This document shows positions 48,538-57,813 of a stretch of 64,000 nt of DNA, one piece after another; positions within the stretch are counted from its first letter, which is position 1, and every line of letters begins with the position of its first letter. The notes under the pieces are model-generated. The model made no database searches. It had not been told where the DNA came from and was given only the letters and a program-made list of their open reading frames with translations. The position numbers and the translations under genes are program-made. Source of the stretch: an uncultured Klebsiella sp. (lineage in GTDB: Bacteria > Pseudomonadota > Gammaproteobacteria > Pseudomonadales > Pseudohongiellaceae); assembly GCA_964538025.1 (NCBI GenBank), contig CAZICZ010000011.1:41669-105668 (forward strand), read 5' to 3'.

Positions 48538-50295
48538 ATGGCCAAACACGCAACCGAACAACAGGGCTGGCAGGTCTATAAACGTCTCTTGCGCTACGTG
48601 CTGCCGCATCGTGGCGTGTTTGCCATCAGCGTGATCGGCTACATCCTGTTTTCAGCCACCGGTGTCGCGACGGCGGAGTGGCTTGGCTGGACGGTGGACC
48701 AGGTCACGGCGCAGAACTCCGATGCGCGCGTGCTCGCCCCGATCATCTGCGTGGCCATCGTGGTGGTGCGTGGCATTGGCGGCATCATGGGGGGCTATTC
48801 CCTCGAATACATTTCCAACCACATCATTCATAAACTGCGCCTTGAGATCATGGAGAAGCTGCTGGACCTGCCCACGCGCTACTACGACAGCAGCACGGCG
48901 GGGCGTCTAGTGTCCAAGGTCACCTATGATGTCCAGCAGATCAGCGGCGCCGCCACCAACGCGGTGACGGTGATTTTCCGCGAGGGCCTGACGGTCGCCG
49001 GTCTGCTGGTGGCCCTTTTCTGGACCAACTGGCGCCTCAGTCTTGTGTTCTTGCTGGTGGCCCCCTGTGTGGCCTATGTCGTGTCCTCCGCCTCGCGCAA
49101 GTTCCGCAAATACAGCACCCAGATGCAGAACTCCATGGGCGATGTCACGCAGATTACCAACGAGTCGATCAAGGGGCAGAAGGTGGTGCGCACCTTCAAC
49201 GCCAAGGATTATGTGCTGGCGCGTTTTGCCTATGCGAGCGAGCGCAATCGCCGTCAAAACATGAAGATGGTCGGCACTCAATCTGTCGCGATTCCCGTGG
49301 TGCAGATACTGGTGAGCATTGCGATGGCCGTGCTGATCTGGTTTGCCATGTCTCCCGACGTCTTGGCCGCCGCCACCGCCGGGGACTTTGTCACCTTCCT
49401 GACCATCGCCGGTCTGCTTGCCAAGCCTATCCGGCAACTGTCCAACGTGAATTCAATCGTGCAGCGCGGTATTTCTGCTGCCGACTCCATCTTTACCTTG
49501 CTCGATGAATCGCGTGAGCGGGACGAGGGCACGCTGCAGGTGCCGCGCGTGCGGGGCGAAGTGCGTTTCGAGGATGTCAGTTTTGAATACAAAGAGGGCG
49601 AGGTGGTGCTCTCTCACATCGACTTCGTGGTCAAGCCGGGTCAGAGCGTGGCGCTGGTGGGCAGGTCCGGCAGCGGCAAGTCGACACTCGTCAGTCTGCT
49701 GCCCCGGTTCTATGACGTGCAGTCGGGCCGCGTGCTGATCGATGGTGAGCCCGTGCAGGCCTATACCCTGCACAACTTGCGTCAGCAGATTGCGGTGGTC
49801 AGCCAGGATGTTGTGCTGTTCGAGGGCACCATCGCCGAAAACATCGCCTACGGGCGCACCGATGACGTCAGTGATGATGCGATCATTGCGGTGGCGCGCA
49901 GTGCACACGCCATGGAATTTATCGAGACGCTGGACCACGGCATCCACTCCTTGGTCGGCGATGCCGGTCTGATGCTTTCAGGCGGGCAGCGGCAGCGCAT
50001 CGCAATCGCGCGTGCATTCCTCAAGGATGCGCCAATCCTCGTGCTGGACGAGGCGACCTCGGCGCTGGATTCCGAATCGGAGCAGCATATCCAGCAGGCA
50101 CTCAGCACCTTGATGAAGGGCCGTACCACCTTCGTGATCGCTCACCGGTTGTCCACCATCGAGAATGCCGACGTCATCCTGGTGATGGACAAGGGGCGCA
50201 TCGTGGAGTCGGGAACACACAGTGAATTGCTGGCCAAGGGCGGGCACTATGCCGGCCTGCATCGCATCCAATTCTCCGATCACGGGCCGGGCTGA
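48538..50295 (+). CDS. msbA: lipid A export ATP-binding/permease protein MsbA
   Basis: A six-TM exporter domain plus an NBD (GRSGSGKST, LSGGQRQRIAIARA, LVLDEATSALD). It lies next to lpxK. Confidence 0.92.
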   Translation: MAKHATEQQGWQVYKRLLRYVLPHRGVFAISVIGYILFSATGVATAEWLGWTVDQVTAQNSDARVLAPIICVAIVVVRGIGGIMGGYSLEYISNHIIHKLRLEIMEKLLDLPTRYYDSSTAGRLVSKVTYDVQQISGAATNAVTVIFREGLTVAGLLVALFWTNWRLSLVFLLVAPCVAYVVSSASRKFRKYSTQMQNSMGDVTQITNESIKGQKVVRTFNAKDYVLARFAYASERNRRQNMKMVGTQSVAIPVVQILVSIAMAVLIWFAMSPDVLAAATAGDFVTFLTIAGLLAKPIRQLSNVNSIVQRGISAADSIFTLLDESRERDEGTLQVPRVRGEVRFEDVSFEYKEGEVVLSHIDFVVKPGQSVALVGRSGSGKSTLVSLLPRFYDVQSGRVLIDGEPVQAYTLHNLRQQIAVVSQDVVLFEGTIAENIAYGRTDDVSDDAIIAVARSAHAMEFIETLDHGIHSLVGDAGLMLSGGQRQRIAIARAFLKDAPILVLDEATSALDSESEQHIQQALSTLMKGRTTFVIAHRLSTIENADVILVMDKGRIVESGTHSELLAKGGHYAGLHRIQFSDHGPG

Positions 50296-51341
50296 TGGAC
50301 ATCGTGGCCGCCTGGTATGGCAAGCGCCGCTGGCTGTGGGTGTTGTGGCCGGTGTCTGTGCTGTATCAATGGCTCGCCGCACGTCGTCGTCGCATTCTGG
50401 AACGCTCGCGTCACGAATCTTCTGCTCCCCCGGTCGTGGTGATTGGCAACATCGCCGTGGGTGGCACCGGCAAGACCCCCTTGCTGATGATGCTCGCACG
50501 CGCCTTGCAGGCACGCGGCGTGCGGGTGGGAATCGTCAGCCGAGGCTATGGAGGCCATCCGCCCGCGAGCCCGTTCAAAGTGACGGCGACAAGTGCGGTG
50601 GCCGAAGTAGGGGATGAGGCACTGATGATGCAGCGGGCACTGGATGTCCCGTTCTATGTCGATGCGAAACGCGCCCGGGCAGTTGCAGCGCTCGCGGCCA
50701 CCGGCGAATGCGACCTGATCCTCAGTGATGACGGCCTGCAGCATTACGAAATGGCACGTGCGCGGGAGCTGGTGGTGATCGATGGCGAGCGCCTGTTTGG
50801 CAACGGCCTGTGTCTGCCCGCCGGCCCCCTGCGAGAACCGCTGAACCGTCTGCGCGAGGTGGATTACGTCCTGATCAACGGCGAGCAGCGCGGCGCGAAC
50901 GCAAAGCTGCCGCCATTGCGCACGGGCCGTCACCCGCTGGCCATGTCGCTGGTGCCCGTGGCCTGGGTGAATCTGGCAAGCGGCGCACGGGTCGCGCTCG
51001 ACGCCTTGCCCGTGCCCCCGTCGGGCATGCTGCATGCGCTGGCCGGGATCGGCAACCCGGCCCGTTTTTTTGCGACGGTGGAGGCTCTCGGATACCGTGC
51101 CTGCACGCATCCGTTTCCGGATCACCACCCGTATTCGCCGTCTGATCTGGCGTTCGCCGGCGAGGACCTTGTGGTGATGACGTCCAAGGACGCCGTGAAA
51201 TGCGAGGCGTTTGCCAAACAGACATACTGGATGCTGGCGGTAGAGGCGCAGCTAGAGGCGACTGCTCTCGACGCGCTGTGCCACGACCTGACCGGCCTGC
51301 TAAGGTCCGCCGGGACCAATGCGACGACACAAGAGGAATGA
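50295..51341 (+). CDS. lpxK: tetraacyldisaccharide 4-prime-kinase
   Basis: P-loop [12 protein letters not shown]. The start has a 1-nt overlap with the msbA stop (TGATG). 348 aa. Confidence 0.92.
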   Translation: MDIVAAWYGKRRWLWVLWPVSVLYQWLAARRRRILERSRHESSAPPVVVIGNIAVGGTGKTPLLMMLARALQARGVRVGIVSRGYGGHPPASPFKVTATSAVAEVGDEALMMQRALDVPFYVDAKRARAVAALAATGECDLILSDDGLQHYEMARARELVVIDGERLFGNGLCLPAGPLREPLNRLREVDYVLINGEQRGANAKLPPLRTGRHPLAMSLVPVAWVNLASGARVALDALPVPPSGMLHALAGIGNPARFFATVEALGYRACTHPFPDHHPYSPSDLAFAGEDLVVMTSKDAVKCEAFAKQTYWMLAVEAQLEATALDALCHDLTGLLRSAGTNATTQEE

Positions 51342-51343
51342 AC

Positions 51344-51529
51344 ATGGATCAAAAATTGTTGAGTATTCTTGCCTGCCCCGTGTGCAAGGGGCCCCTTAAA
51401 CACGATCGCGCCGCGAACGAGTTGCTGTGCTTCGCGGACGGCCTGGCCTTCCCCGTGCGCGATGGCATTCCAGTGATGCTGGAGGGCGAGGCGCGTGAAC
51501 TGAGCGTTGAGGAGCGGGAGAATCGCTGA
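51344..51529 (+). CDS. ycaR: Trm112/YcaR-family small zinc-ribbon-like protein
   Basis: [18 protein letters not shown]...[16 protein letters not shown] 51338 is an alternative start. It occupies the conserved lpxK-ycaR-kdsB position. Confidence 0.82.
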   Translation: MDQKLLSILACPVCKGPLKHDRAANELLCFADGLAFPVRDGIPVMLEGEARELSVEERENR

Positions 51530-52278
51530 TGGGCTTTGTCGTTGTCATTCCGGCGCGCTATGCCTCCACCCGGCTCCCCGCCAAACCGCTGCTCGACATT
51601 GCGGGCAAGCCGATGTTGCAGCATGTGTATGAGCGTGCCCTGCAAAGTGATGCCAGCGACGTGGTGATCGCCACCGATGACGCCCGCGTGCAGCAGGCGG
51701 CGCTGAGCTTTACCGATCGCGTGTGCATGACGCGGGAGTCGCACCAGTCCGGCACCGACCGCATTCAGGAGGTGGCCTCTCAGCTTGGGCTTGCCGACGA
51801 GGCCGTCATCGTCAATGTGCAGGGCGATGAACCGCTCATTCCACCCCAGGCGATCAACCAGGTGGCGCAGAACCTCCTGGCGCACCCGGCGGCGGGCATT
51901 GCATCGCTTTTTGAAACCATCACCCGGCCCGCAGAATTCAACAACCCTAACATCGTGAAGGTGGTCACCGATCTCGAGGGGTATGCGCACTACTTCAGCC
52001 GTTCACCGATTCCCTGTCATCGCGATGGCGCGGCCCCCGGCAGTGTGCTGGGCAAGCGGCATATCGGCATCTACGCCTACCGCGTTGCCACGCTCAATCG
52101 CTACGTGACCTGGGAGCAGGGGCCGCTGGAGATGGCGGAACGACTGGAACAGTTGCGCGCGATGGGACATGGCGTGCGCATCCATATGCAGGAGGCCACT
52201 GTGAGCATGCCGGGCGGAGTTGACACGCCCGAAGATCTGGAAGCGGTGCGCGCCTGGTTTCGCGCACACGGCAAATGA
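51529..52278 (+). CDS. kdsB: 3-deoxy-manno-octulosonate cytidylyltransferase
   Basis: The N-terminus VVIPARYASTRLPAKPL is typical of KdsB. 249 aa, with a 1-nt stop/start overlap with ycaR. Confidence 0.95.
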   Translation: MGFVVVIPARYASTRLPAKPLLDIAGKPMLQHVYERALQSDASDVVIATDDARVQQAALSFTDRVCMTRESHQSGTDRIQEVASQLGLADEAVIVNVQGDEPLIPPQAINQVAQNLLAHPAAGIASLFETITRPAEFNNPNIVKVVTDLEGYAHYFSRSPIPCHRDGAAPGSVLGKRHIGIYAYRVATLNRYVTWEQGPLEMAERLEQLRAMGHGVRIHMQEATVSMPGGVDTPEDLEAVRAWFRAHGK

Positions 52279-52288
52279 GAGCGCTACC

Positions 52289-52777
52289 GTGAATCCACAG
52301 AAAAAAGTGCGCGTGCTGATGGTTTGTCTGGGCAATATCTGCCGTTCGCCAACAGCGCATGCGGTGTTCCAGCAGCGTATCGAGAAAGCCGGTCTCGCTC
52401 ATGCCGTGCAGGTGGATTCCGCCGGGACGGGGGATTGGCATATCGGCGCCGCGCCGGACCCGCGCGCCAGTGCCGCCGCGAAAAAACGCGGAGTGGATCT
52501 GGACTCACTGCGCGCCCGTCAGGTGGGTCCGGAGGATTTTGACCGCTTTGACTATATCCTTGCCATGGACGAGGCCAATCTGCGCGATCTTGCCCGGCTC
52601 AGTCCCGCGAGTCATCGGCATAAACTGCGGTTGTTCCTTTCCTTCGGAAGCACCGCCGTGACGGAAGTGCCTGACCCCTATTACGGCGGAGATCAAGGGT
52701 TTGAGTATGTGCTCGATCTCGTCGAGAATGCCAGTGAGGGGCTGCTGGCCCATCTGCTGAACACGGACCTGCGCTGA
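52289..52777 (+). CDS. low-molecular-weight protein-tyrosine phosphatase
   Basis: GTG 52289 start. Active-site loop VCLGNICRSP (C-X5-R-S) and a DP motif (VPDPYYG). Confidence 0.87.
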   Translation: MNPQKKVRVLMVCLGNICRSPTAHAVFQQRIEKAGLAHAVQVDSAGTGDWHIGAAPDPRASAAAKKRGVDLDSLRARQVGPEDFDRFDYILAMDEANLRDLARLSPASHRHKLRLFLSFGSTAVTEVPDPYYGGDQGFEYVLDLVENASEGLLAHLLNTDLR

Positions 52778-52778
52778 C

Positions 52779-53840
52779 ATGGCCATTGTCGAACATCACT
52801 CGCTGCACGCCTGTAACACCTTCGGTCTGCCGGCAAGTGCCCGCTATTTTTGTCGCGCGCAATCGCTGCAGGAAGTGCGAGACGCCCTGGCCTTTGCCCG
52901 CGCGCACGAGCTACCGGTTCTCGTGCTGGGGGGCGGGAGTAATCTTTTATTGCGGGAGGACTTCCCCGGGCTGGTGCTGGCACTCGCCGTGACGGGAATG
53001 TCGCTGCAGGACAGGGAAGGGGAGAGTGTGCGCGTGCGCGCCGCTTGTGGCGAATCCTGGCACGGTTTTGTGACTCACTGTCTCGCGGCAGGCTGGCATG
53101 GCCTGGAGAATCTGGCGTTGATTCCCGGCAGTGTCGGCGCGGCGCCTCTGCAAAATATCGGGGCCTATGGCGTGGAGGTAGGGGAGTTCATCACGCAGGT
53201 CGAAGTGCTCGATATCGCGACCGGCGAGTGTGCGTGGCTCAGTCGCGAGGCCTGCCAGTTTGGCTACCGCGACAGTGTGTTCAAGCGCGCTCTCAAAGGG
53301 CAGAAGATTATTGTGTCCGTCGAGTTTTTGTTGCACACCACGGCGAAGCCCGTGCTGTCCTATGCTGGGCTCGCGCAAGCTCTGCCCACAGCAACGCCCA
53401 GCGCGCAGGAAGTGTTTGATGCCGTGTGCGCCATCCGGCGCCAGAAGTTGCCAGACCCCGCCGTGCTGGGCAATGCCGGCAGTTTTTTCAAGAACCCGGT
53501 GATTGCGCGTGACCACTATCAGCGACTGCTGACGCAGTGGCCCGGCTTGCCGCAGTTTGCGATTGACGGGGATGAGGCGCATGTCAAAGTGCCTGCCGCA
53601 TGGCTGATCGAACAGGCCGGCTGGAAGGGGCAAAGCCGGGGCGGTGCGGCAGTGTATCCGCAGCAGGCGCTGGTGATTGTGAATCAGGGGGGCGCCACCG
53701 CCGACGACATCGTGACCTTGGCCACCGACATCATGCAGGACATTACGCAGCGCTTTGCCATTGCGCTCGAACCCGAGGTGCAATGGGTTCCTCCCTTTGT
53801 GCCTGATCGGGGTAGCGCTAGCACCCCCTCGCGCGCCTGA
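52779..53840 (+). CDS. murB: UDP-N-acetylenolpyruvoylglucosamine reductase
   Basis: FAD-binding N-terminal domain (NTFGLPA...VLGGGSNLL) and a C-terminal MurB domain. 353 aa. Confidence 0.94.
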   Translation: MAIVEHHSLHACNTFGLPASARYFCRAQSLQEVRDALAFARAHELPVLVLGGGSNLLLREDFPGLVLALAVTGMSLQDREGESVRVRAACGESWHGFVTHCLAAGWHGLENLALIPGSVGAAPLQNIGAYGVEVGEFITQVEVLDIATGECAWLSREACQFGYRDSVFKRALKGQKIIVSVEFLLHTTAKPVLSYAGLAQALPTATPSAQEVFDAVCAIRRQKLPDPAVLGNAGSFFKNPVIARDHYQRLLTQWPGLPQFAIDGDEAHVKVPAAWLIEQAGWKGQSRGGAAVYPQQALVIVNQGGATADDIVTLATDIMQDITQRFAIALEPEVQWVPPFVPDRGSASTPSRA

Positions 53841-53942
53841 GCATTCAGCGGGGCGCAACGATGTACTTGCCATGATGCTTGTGTTAAAAATGCTCAACAA
53901 AGCGCTGGCCCGCGCCCTGCGCGACACCCTCAGGAATTCACC

Positions 53943-54617
53943 ATGTCCGACACCTCTTGCCCCGTTCGACTGCTGTTAATTGATGACTATCAATTGCTGC
54001 GCCAAGGCCTGATGCGACTGATTCAGGAAGAGCCCGGGCTCGACGTGGTGGCGCAGGCGGACTGCGTGGAGGAGGCCCTTCTGAAGATGCAGGGCACCGA
54101 GGTGGATATAGTGCTGCTGCATCTCAAGCACGCCGGGCTTTCCTGCCTGGAGCAGACCCAGCGTTTGGTGCAGGAGTTCCCCGAAGTGCGCGTCATCGTG
54201 ATGATTCCGCTAGGGCTTGGTGTGTTGCCGACCCGCATGATGCGCGCTGGTGCCAGCGCCTACATCACGCCCTGCGTGCCCGTGGAAGAGATGCTCTGGT
54301 GCATTCATCTGGTCCATACCGGCCAGCGTTACATCAGTCCCCGCATCACCGCGCGCATGGAGAAACTGCCGCTGGCGGAACCTCGTCACTCGCCCTTTGA
54401 TCTGTTGTCCGAACGCGAGCTGCAGGTTGCTCTGATGCTCGTCGACAGCCAGAAGGTTAATCGTATCTCCGAAAAACTCTTTCTCAGCCCCAAGACGGTG
54501 TACAGCTACCGTTACCGGATCTTCGACAAGTTGCACATCAGCAGTGATGTGGAGCTGACCATTCTTGCCGTCAAACACGGTCTCAGTGATGCCTCGAGCC
54601 TTGTCCAGCCCCAGTGA
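53943..54617 (+). CDS. GacA/UvrY-position NarL/FixJ-type response regulator with a degenerate receiver domain
   Basis: The LuxR-type HTH (SERELQVALMLVDSQKVNRISEKLFLSPKTVYSYRYRIFDKL) and its location directly upstream of uvrC-pgsA both fit GacA/UvrY. The receiver has DD (14-15) but His60 where the phospho-acceptor Asp is expected. Confidence 0.88.
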   Translation: MSDTSCPVRLLLIDDYQLLRQGLMRLIQEEPGLDVVAQADCVEEALLKMQGTEVDIVLLHLKHAGLSCLEQTQRLVQEFPEVRVIVMIPLGLGVLPTRMMRAGASAYITPCVPVEEMLWCIHLVHTGQRYISPRITARMEKLPLAEPRHSPFDLLSERELQVALMLVDSQKVNRISEKLFLSPKTVYSYRYRIFDKLHISSDVELTILAVKHGLSDASSLVQPQ

Positions 54618-56472
54618 GGCCCGCCCGCCCTTCGACCCCAAAGCCCTGATTGCCAGCCTGAGTTCCCGGCCTGGCGTGTACCGCATGCTCAGCGAGCAGG
54701 GGGACATTCTGTACGTGGGCAAGGCACGCAATCTGAAAAAGCGCGTCGGCAATTATTTCCGTGCCTCGGGTCTGGACACCAAAACGATGGCGCTGGTCGC
54801 CCGCATTGCAGCCATTGAAGTCACCATCACGAGCAACGAGACGGAAGCCCTGCTGCTGGAACAGACGCTGATCAAGCAGCATCGCCCGCCCTATAACATC
54901 GAGCTGCGCGACGATAAAACCTATCCCTACATCATGCTCACCAGCCGCGACGAATACCCGCGCCTTGCCTTTTATCGCGGCAACAAGCGGCGCGATGCGA
55001 GCTTCTTCGGCCCGTATCCCAGTGCCAGCGCGGTGCGCGAAAGCCTCGCCATTTTGCAGAAGGTGTTTCGCCTGCGGCAATGTGAGGACAGCTATTTCCG
55101 CAACCGTTCTCGTCCCTGCCTGCAACACCAGATCGGCCGTTGCACCGCGCCTTGTGTGGGCCTGATCTCGCCGGAGGAATACGCGCAGGATGTGCATTTT
55201 TCCACGCTGTTCCTAAATGGGCGCAGTGACGCCTTGATCACCGAGTTGAGTGGTAAGATGGAACAACATGCCGCGGCCCTCGATTTTGAAAAGGCCGCGG
55301 TGATTCGTGACCAGATCTCCGACCTGCGCCGCATTCACGACCAGCAGTATGTGTCCGATCAGGGCAGCGACGCCGATGTGCTCGCCGCCGCCATGCACGG
55401 CGCCTACACCAGTGTGCATCTGATTGTGATCCGCGGTGGACGCCTGATTGGCAGCAAGAGCTTTTTCCCTAAGGACCGTTTGTCCGATACCGAGGGCGCG
55501 CTGCTCTCCGCCTTCATTGGGCAGTATTACGCGCGCGAGGACAATGCGGCGAACATCCCGCGCGAGCTGATCGTGGTGCCCGCCGTGGAGGATGCCAAGG
55601 CATTGGCCGAGGCCTTGAGTTACTGTGCCAAGCACCCTGTCAAGATCAGCAGCGCGGTGCGGGGACATCGGGCACGGTGGCAGGCCATGGCCCTGACCAA
55701 CGCGCAGCAAAGCCTGCAAAGTTTTGTCAGCAATAAACAGAATGTGCAGCAACGCTTTGAGCAATTGCAACAGGCGCTCGACCTGGAGGCCTTGCCACAA
55801 CGCATCGAATGTTTCGACATCAGCCACACGGGCGGCGAGGGCACCGTCGCCTCTTGCGTCGTTTTCGACAACAATGGCCCGCTGAAGTCCGATTACCGCC
55901 GCTTCAATATCGAGGGCATCACCGGAGGGGATGATTACGCGGCGATGGATCAGGCGCTGCTGCGCCGCTACACGCGCGTGGCCAAAGAAGCGGCCGAGGC
56001 CGTCGACGGGGGCAAGGTGCCCGATATTTTGCTGATCGATGGCGGCAAGGGACAGCTGGCACAGGCGCGTCGCGTCATCGACGAATGTCAGCTCGCCAAC
56101 GTGCAACTGATCGGCATCGCCAAAGGCATCAGCCGACGGGCAGGGCAGGAGACTCTCTATCTGTCGCTCGGGGATCATGTGCGCGAGATCGTGCTGCCCA
56201 CCGAATCCATTGCCCTGCACCTGTTGCAGCAGATTCGCGACGAGGCACATCGCTTCGCCATTACCGGGCACCGTCAACGCCGCGCCAAGGCCCGCAACAA
56301 GTCTCCGCTGGAGCAGATTCCCGGTCTCGGCCCCAAGCGGCGGCGTGACCTGCTCAAACACTTTGGTGGCCAGCAGGAGATCGCCCGTGCCAGCGAGGAA
56401 CAGCTGGCCAAAGTGCCGGGGATCAGCACAAAGCTGGCCGAAGAGATTTATGCATGGCTGCATAACGAGTAG
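54589..56472 (+). CDS. uvrC: excinuclease ABC subunit C
   Basis: I chose the start at ATG 54589. It has a GIY-YIG domain (GVYRML...ILYVGKARNLKKRV), a UVR domain and a C-terminal (HhH)2. Confidence 0.95.
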   Translation: MPRALSSPSEARPPFDPKALIASLSSRPGVYRMLSEQGDILYVGKARNLKKRVGNYFRASGLDTKTMALVARIAAIEVTITSNETEALLLEQTLIKQHRPPYNIELRDDKTYPYIMLTSRDEYPRLAFYRGNKRRDASFFGPYPSASAVRESLAILQKVFRLRQCEDSYFRNRSRPCLQHQIGRCTAPCVGLISPEEYAQDVHFSTLFLNGRSDALITELSGKMEQHAAALDFEKAAVIRDQISDLRRIHDQQYVSDQGSDADVLAAAMHGAYTSVHLIVIRGGRLIGSKSFFPKDRLSDTEGALLSAFIGQYYAREDNAANIPRELIVVPAVEDAKALAEALSYCAKHPVKISSAVRGHRARWQAMALTNAQQSLQSFVSNKQNVQQRFEQLQQALDLEALPQRIECFDISHTGGEGTVASCVVFDNNGPLKSDYRRFNIEGITGGDDYAAMDQALLRRYTRVAKEAAEAVDGGKVPDILLIDGGKGQLAQARRVIDECQLANVQLIGIAKGISRRAGQETLYLSLGDHVREIVLPTESIALHLLQQIRDEAHRFAITGHRQRRAKARNKSPLEQIPGLGPKRRRDLLKHFGGQQEIARASEEQLAKVPGISTKLAEEIYAWLHNE

Positions 56473-56522
56473 AATGCGGCAGCCGCTGGTGACCGCCAGG
56501 CTTTGGGAGATCGCTTATCAAC

Positions 56523-57086
56523 ATGAATGCCGCCAATCTAGTGACATGTTCGCGCGTGCTCATGATCCCCATCGTGATCCTGCTTCATTATTCCTCCCTG
56601 CCATATCACAACCTGCTGGCCGCCGGGCTTTTCTCCATCGCCAGCCTGACCGACTGGCTGGACGGCTATCTGGCCCGCCGACTCAACCAGACCTCCGATT
56701 TTGGTGCCTTCCTTGACCCGGTGGCCGACAAACTGCTGGTGGTGATGGCGCTGGTGCTGCTTGCCGCCAATCATCCTCAGGTGTGGTTTGTGCTGCCCAC
56801 CGCGGTGATCATTGCGCGTGAAGTGTTTGTGTCTGCACTGCGGGAATGGATGGCCAGCAATCAGCAACGCAACCTCGTCAAGGTGGGGTATCTGGGCAAG
56901 GTGAAGACCACCATTCAGATGATCGGCATCATCGTTTTGCTGGCGGTGGACAGCGCCTGGCCGCCCCTGTTTTTGTGGCTTGGCTACGCGCTGATTTACG
57001 TGTCTGCCGTGTTCAGCCTGTGGTCCATGATCCAGTATTTACGCGCCGCGATGCCCACTCTTCGGGGCGGAATCGGGGATGCATAA
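56523..57086 (+). CDS. pgsA: CDP-diacylglycerol-glycerol-3-phosphate 3-phosphatidyltransferase
   Basis: CDP-alcohol phosphatidyltransferase motif DWLDGYLARR...GAFLDPVADK. 187 aa. Confidence 0.95.
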   Translation: MNAANLVTCSRVLMIPIVILLHYSSLPYHNLLAAGLFSIASLTDWLDGYLARRLNQTSDFGAFLDPVADKLLVVMALVLLAANHPQVWFVLPTAVIIAREVFVSALREWMASNQQRNLVKVGYLGKVKTTIQMIGIIVLLAVDSAWPPLFLWLGYALIYVSAVFSLWSMIQYLRAAMPTLRGGIGDA

Positions 57087-57104
57087 ATTCCCCCAAGGCG
57101 GCGC

Positions 57105-57132
57105 TTGACATCCATTCTTATGCCATTAGAAT
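57105..57132 (+). promoter_or_regulatory. candidate sigma70 promoter of the tRNA Gly-Cys-Leu cluster
   Basis: TTGACA (57105-57110), a 16-nt spacer and TAGAAT (57127-57132), followed by a GC-rich discriminator (AGGCGCC). Confidence 0.55.
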
Positions 57133-57244
57133 AGGCGCCTCTTTCGGCCTACAGACGCTCAGAACCCCTGAGACATGGCACTGTTGGATGATGAAAGAAC
57201 CGGTTGCGCAGGCACTCACAACAACCGGAAAGACTGAAATTAAT

Positions 57245-57320
<76 letters not shown>

Positions 57321-57412
57321 ATTTCACGTTGCGACTATCACTCTTCAGGCCTTTTGACAGCGCCACCGTGCGCCGGCCAGTCTAGCTGCGTAGGTAAGTT
57401 TGAAGGACTTTT

Positions 57413-57486
57413 GGCTGGGTGGCAGAGTGGTCATGCAGCGGACTGCAACTCCGCGTACGCCGGTTCGATTCCGACCCCAGCCTCCA
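57413..57486 (+). tRNA. tRNA-Cys (anticodon GCA)
   Basis: Acceptor GGCTGGG/CCCAGCC, anticodon arm GCGGA-CTGCAAC-TCCGC, T-loop TTCGATT and CCA. The T stem has one C-A mismatch. Confidence 0.88.
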
Positions 57487-57558
57487 CTTTGATTCCCCGC
57501 ACCATCCACACCAGGCTCCCGTTGGTGTATTCGCTTTGGCGCACATCCGCCCTTCCTC

Positions 57559-57645
57559 GCCCGGGTGGTGAAATTGGTAGACACAAGAGACTTAAAATCT
57601 CTCGGCCGAAAGGCCGTACCGGTTCGATTCCGGTCCCGGGCACCA
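57559..57645 (+). tRNA. tRNA-Leu (anticodon TAA)
   Basis: Acceptor GCCCGGG/CCCGGGC, anticodon arm AGAGA-CTTAAAA-TCTCT, a long variable arm (CGGCCGAAAGGCCG), T arm ACCGG-TTCGATT-CCGGT and CCA. Confidence 0.93.
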
Positions 57646-57813
57646 ATACAATCAACGAACTAAATTTTCAACGCTGTGATTGAATGTGCTCTGAACTCGG
57701 CGTATAGGCGAGGAGTCGGCATGATCAAGTTTTTACAGCGTTTGACTCCTAAGGGGCATGTTACAGGTTCAAATCCGGAGGAGAGTTATCGAGGACTGCG
57801 GGGTAGCAATAGC

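Noticed and set aside
50280-56463. Several long minus-strand ORFs (50280-51128, 52947-53927, 55213-56463) opposite lpxK, murB and uvrC.
   Set aside because: They are antisense to genes with unambiguous catalytic motifs. Their compositions are biased (Arg/Gly/His/Gln) and they lack plausible RBS or start context.
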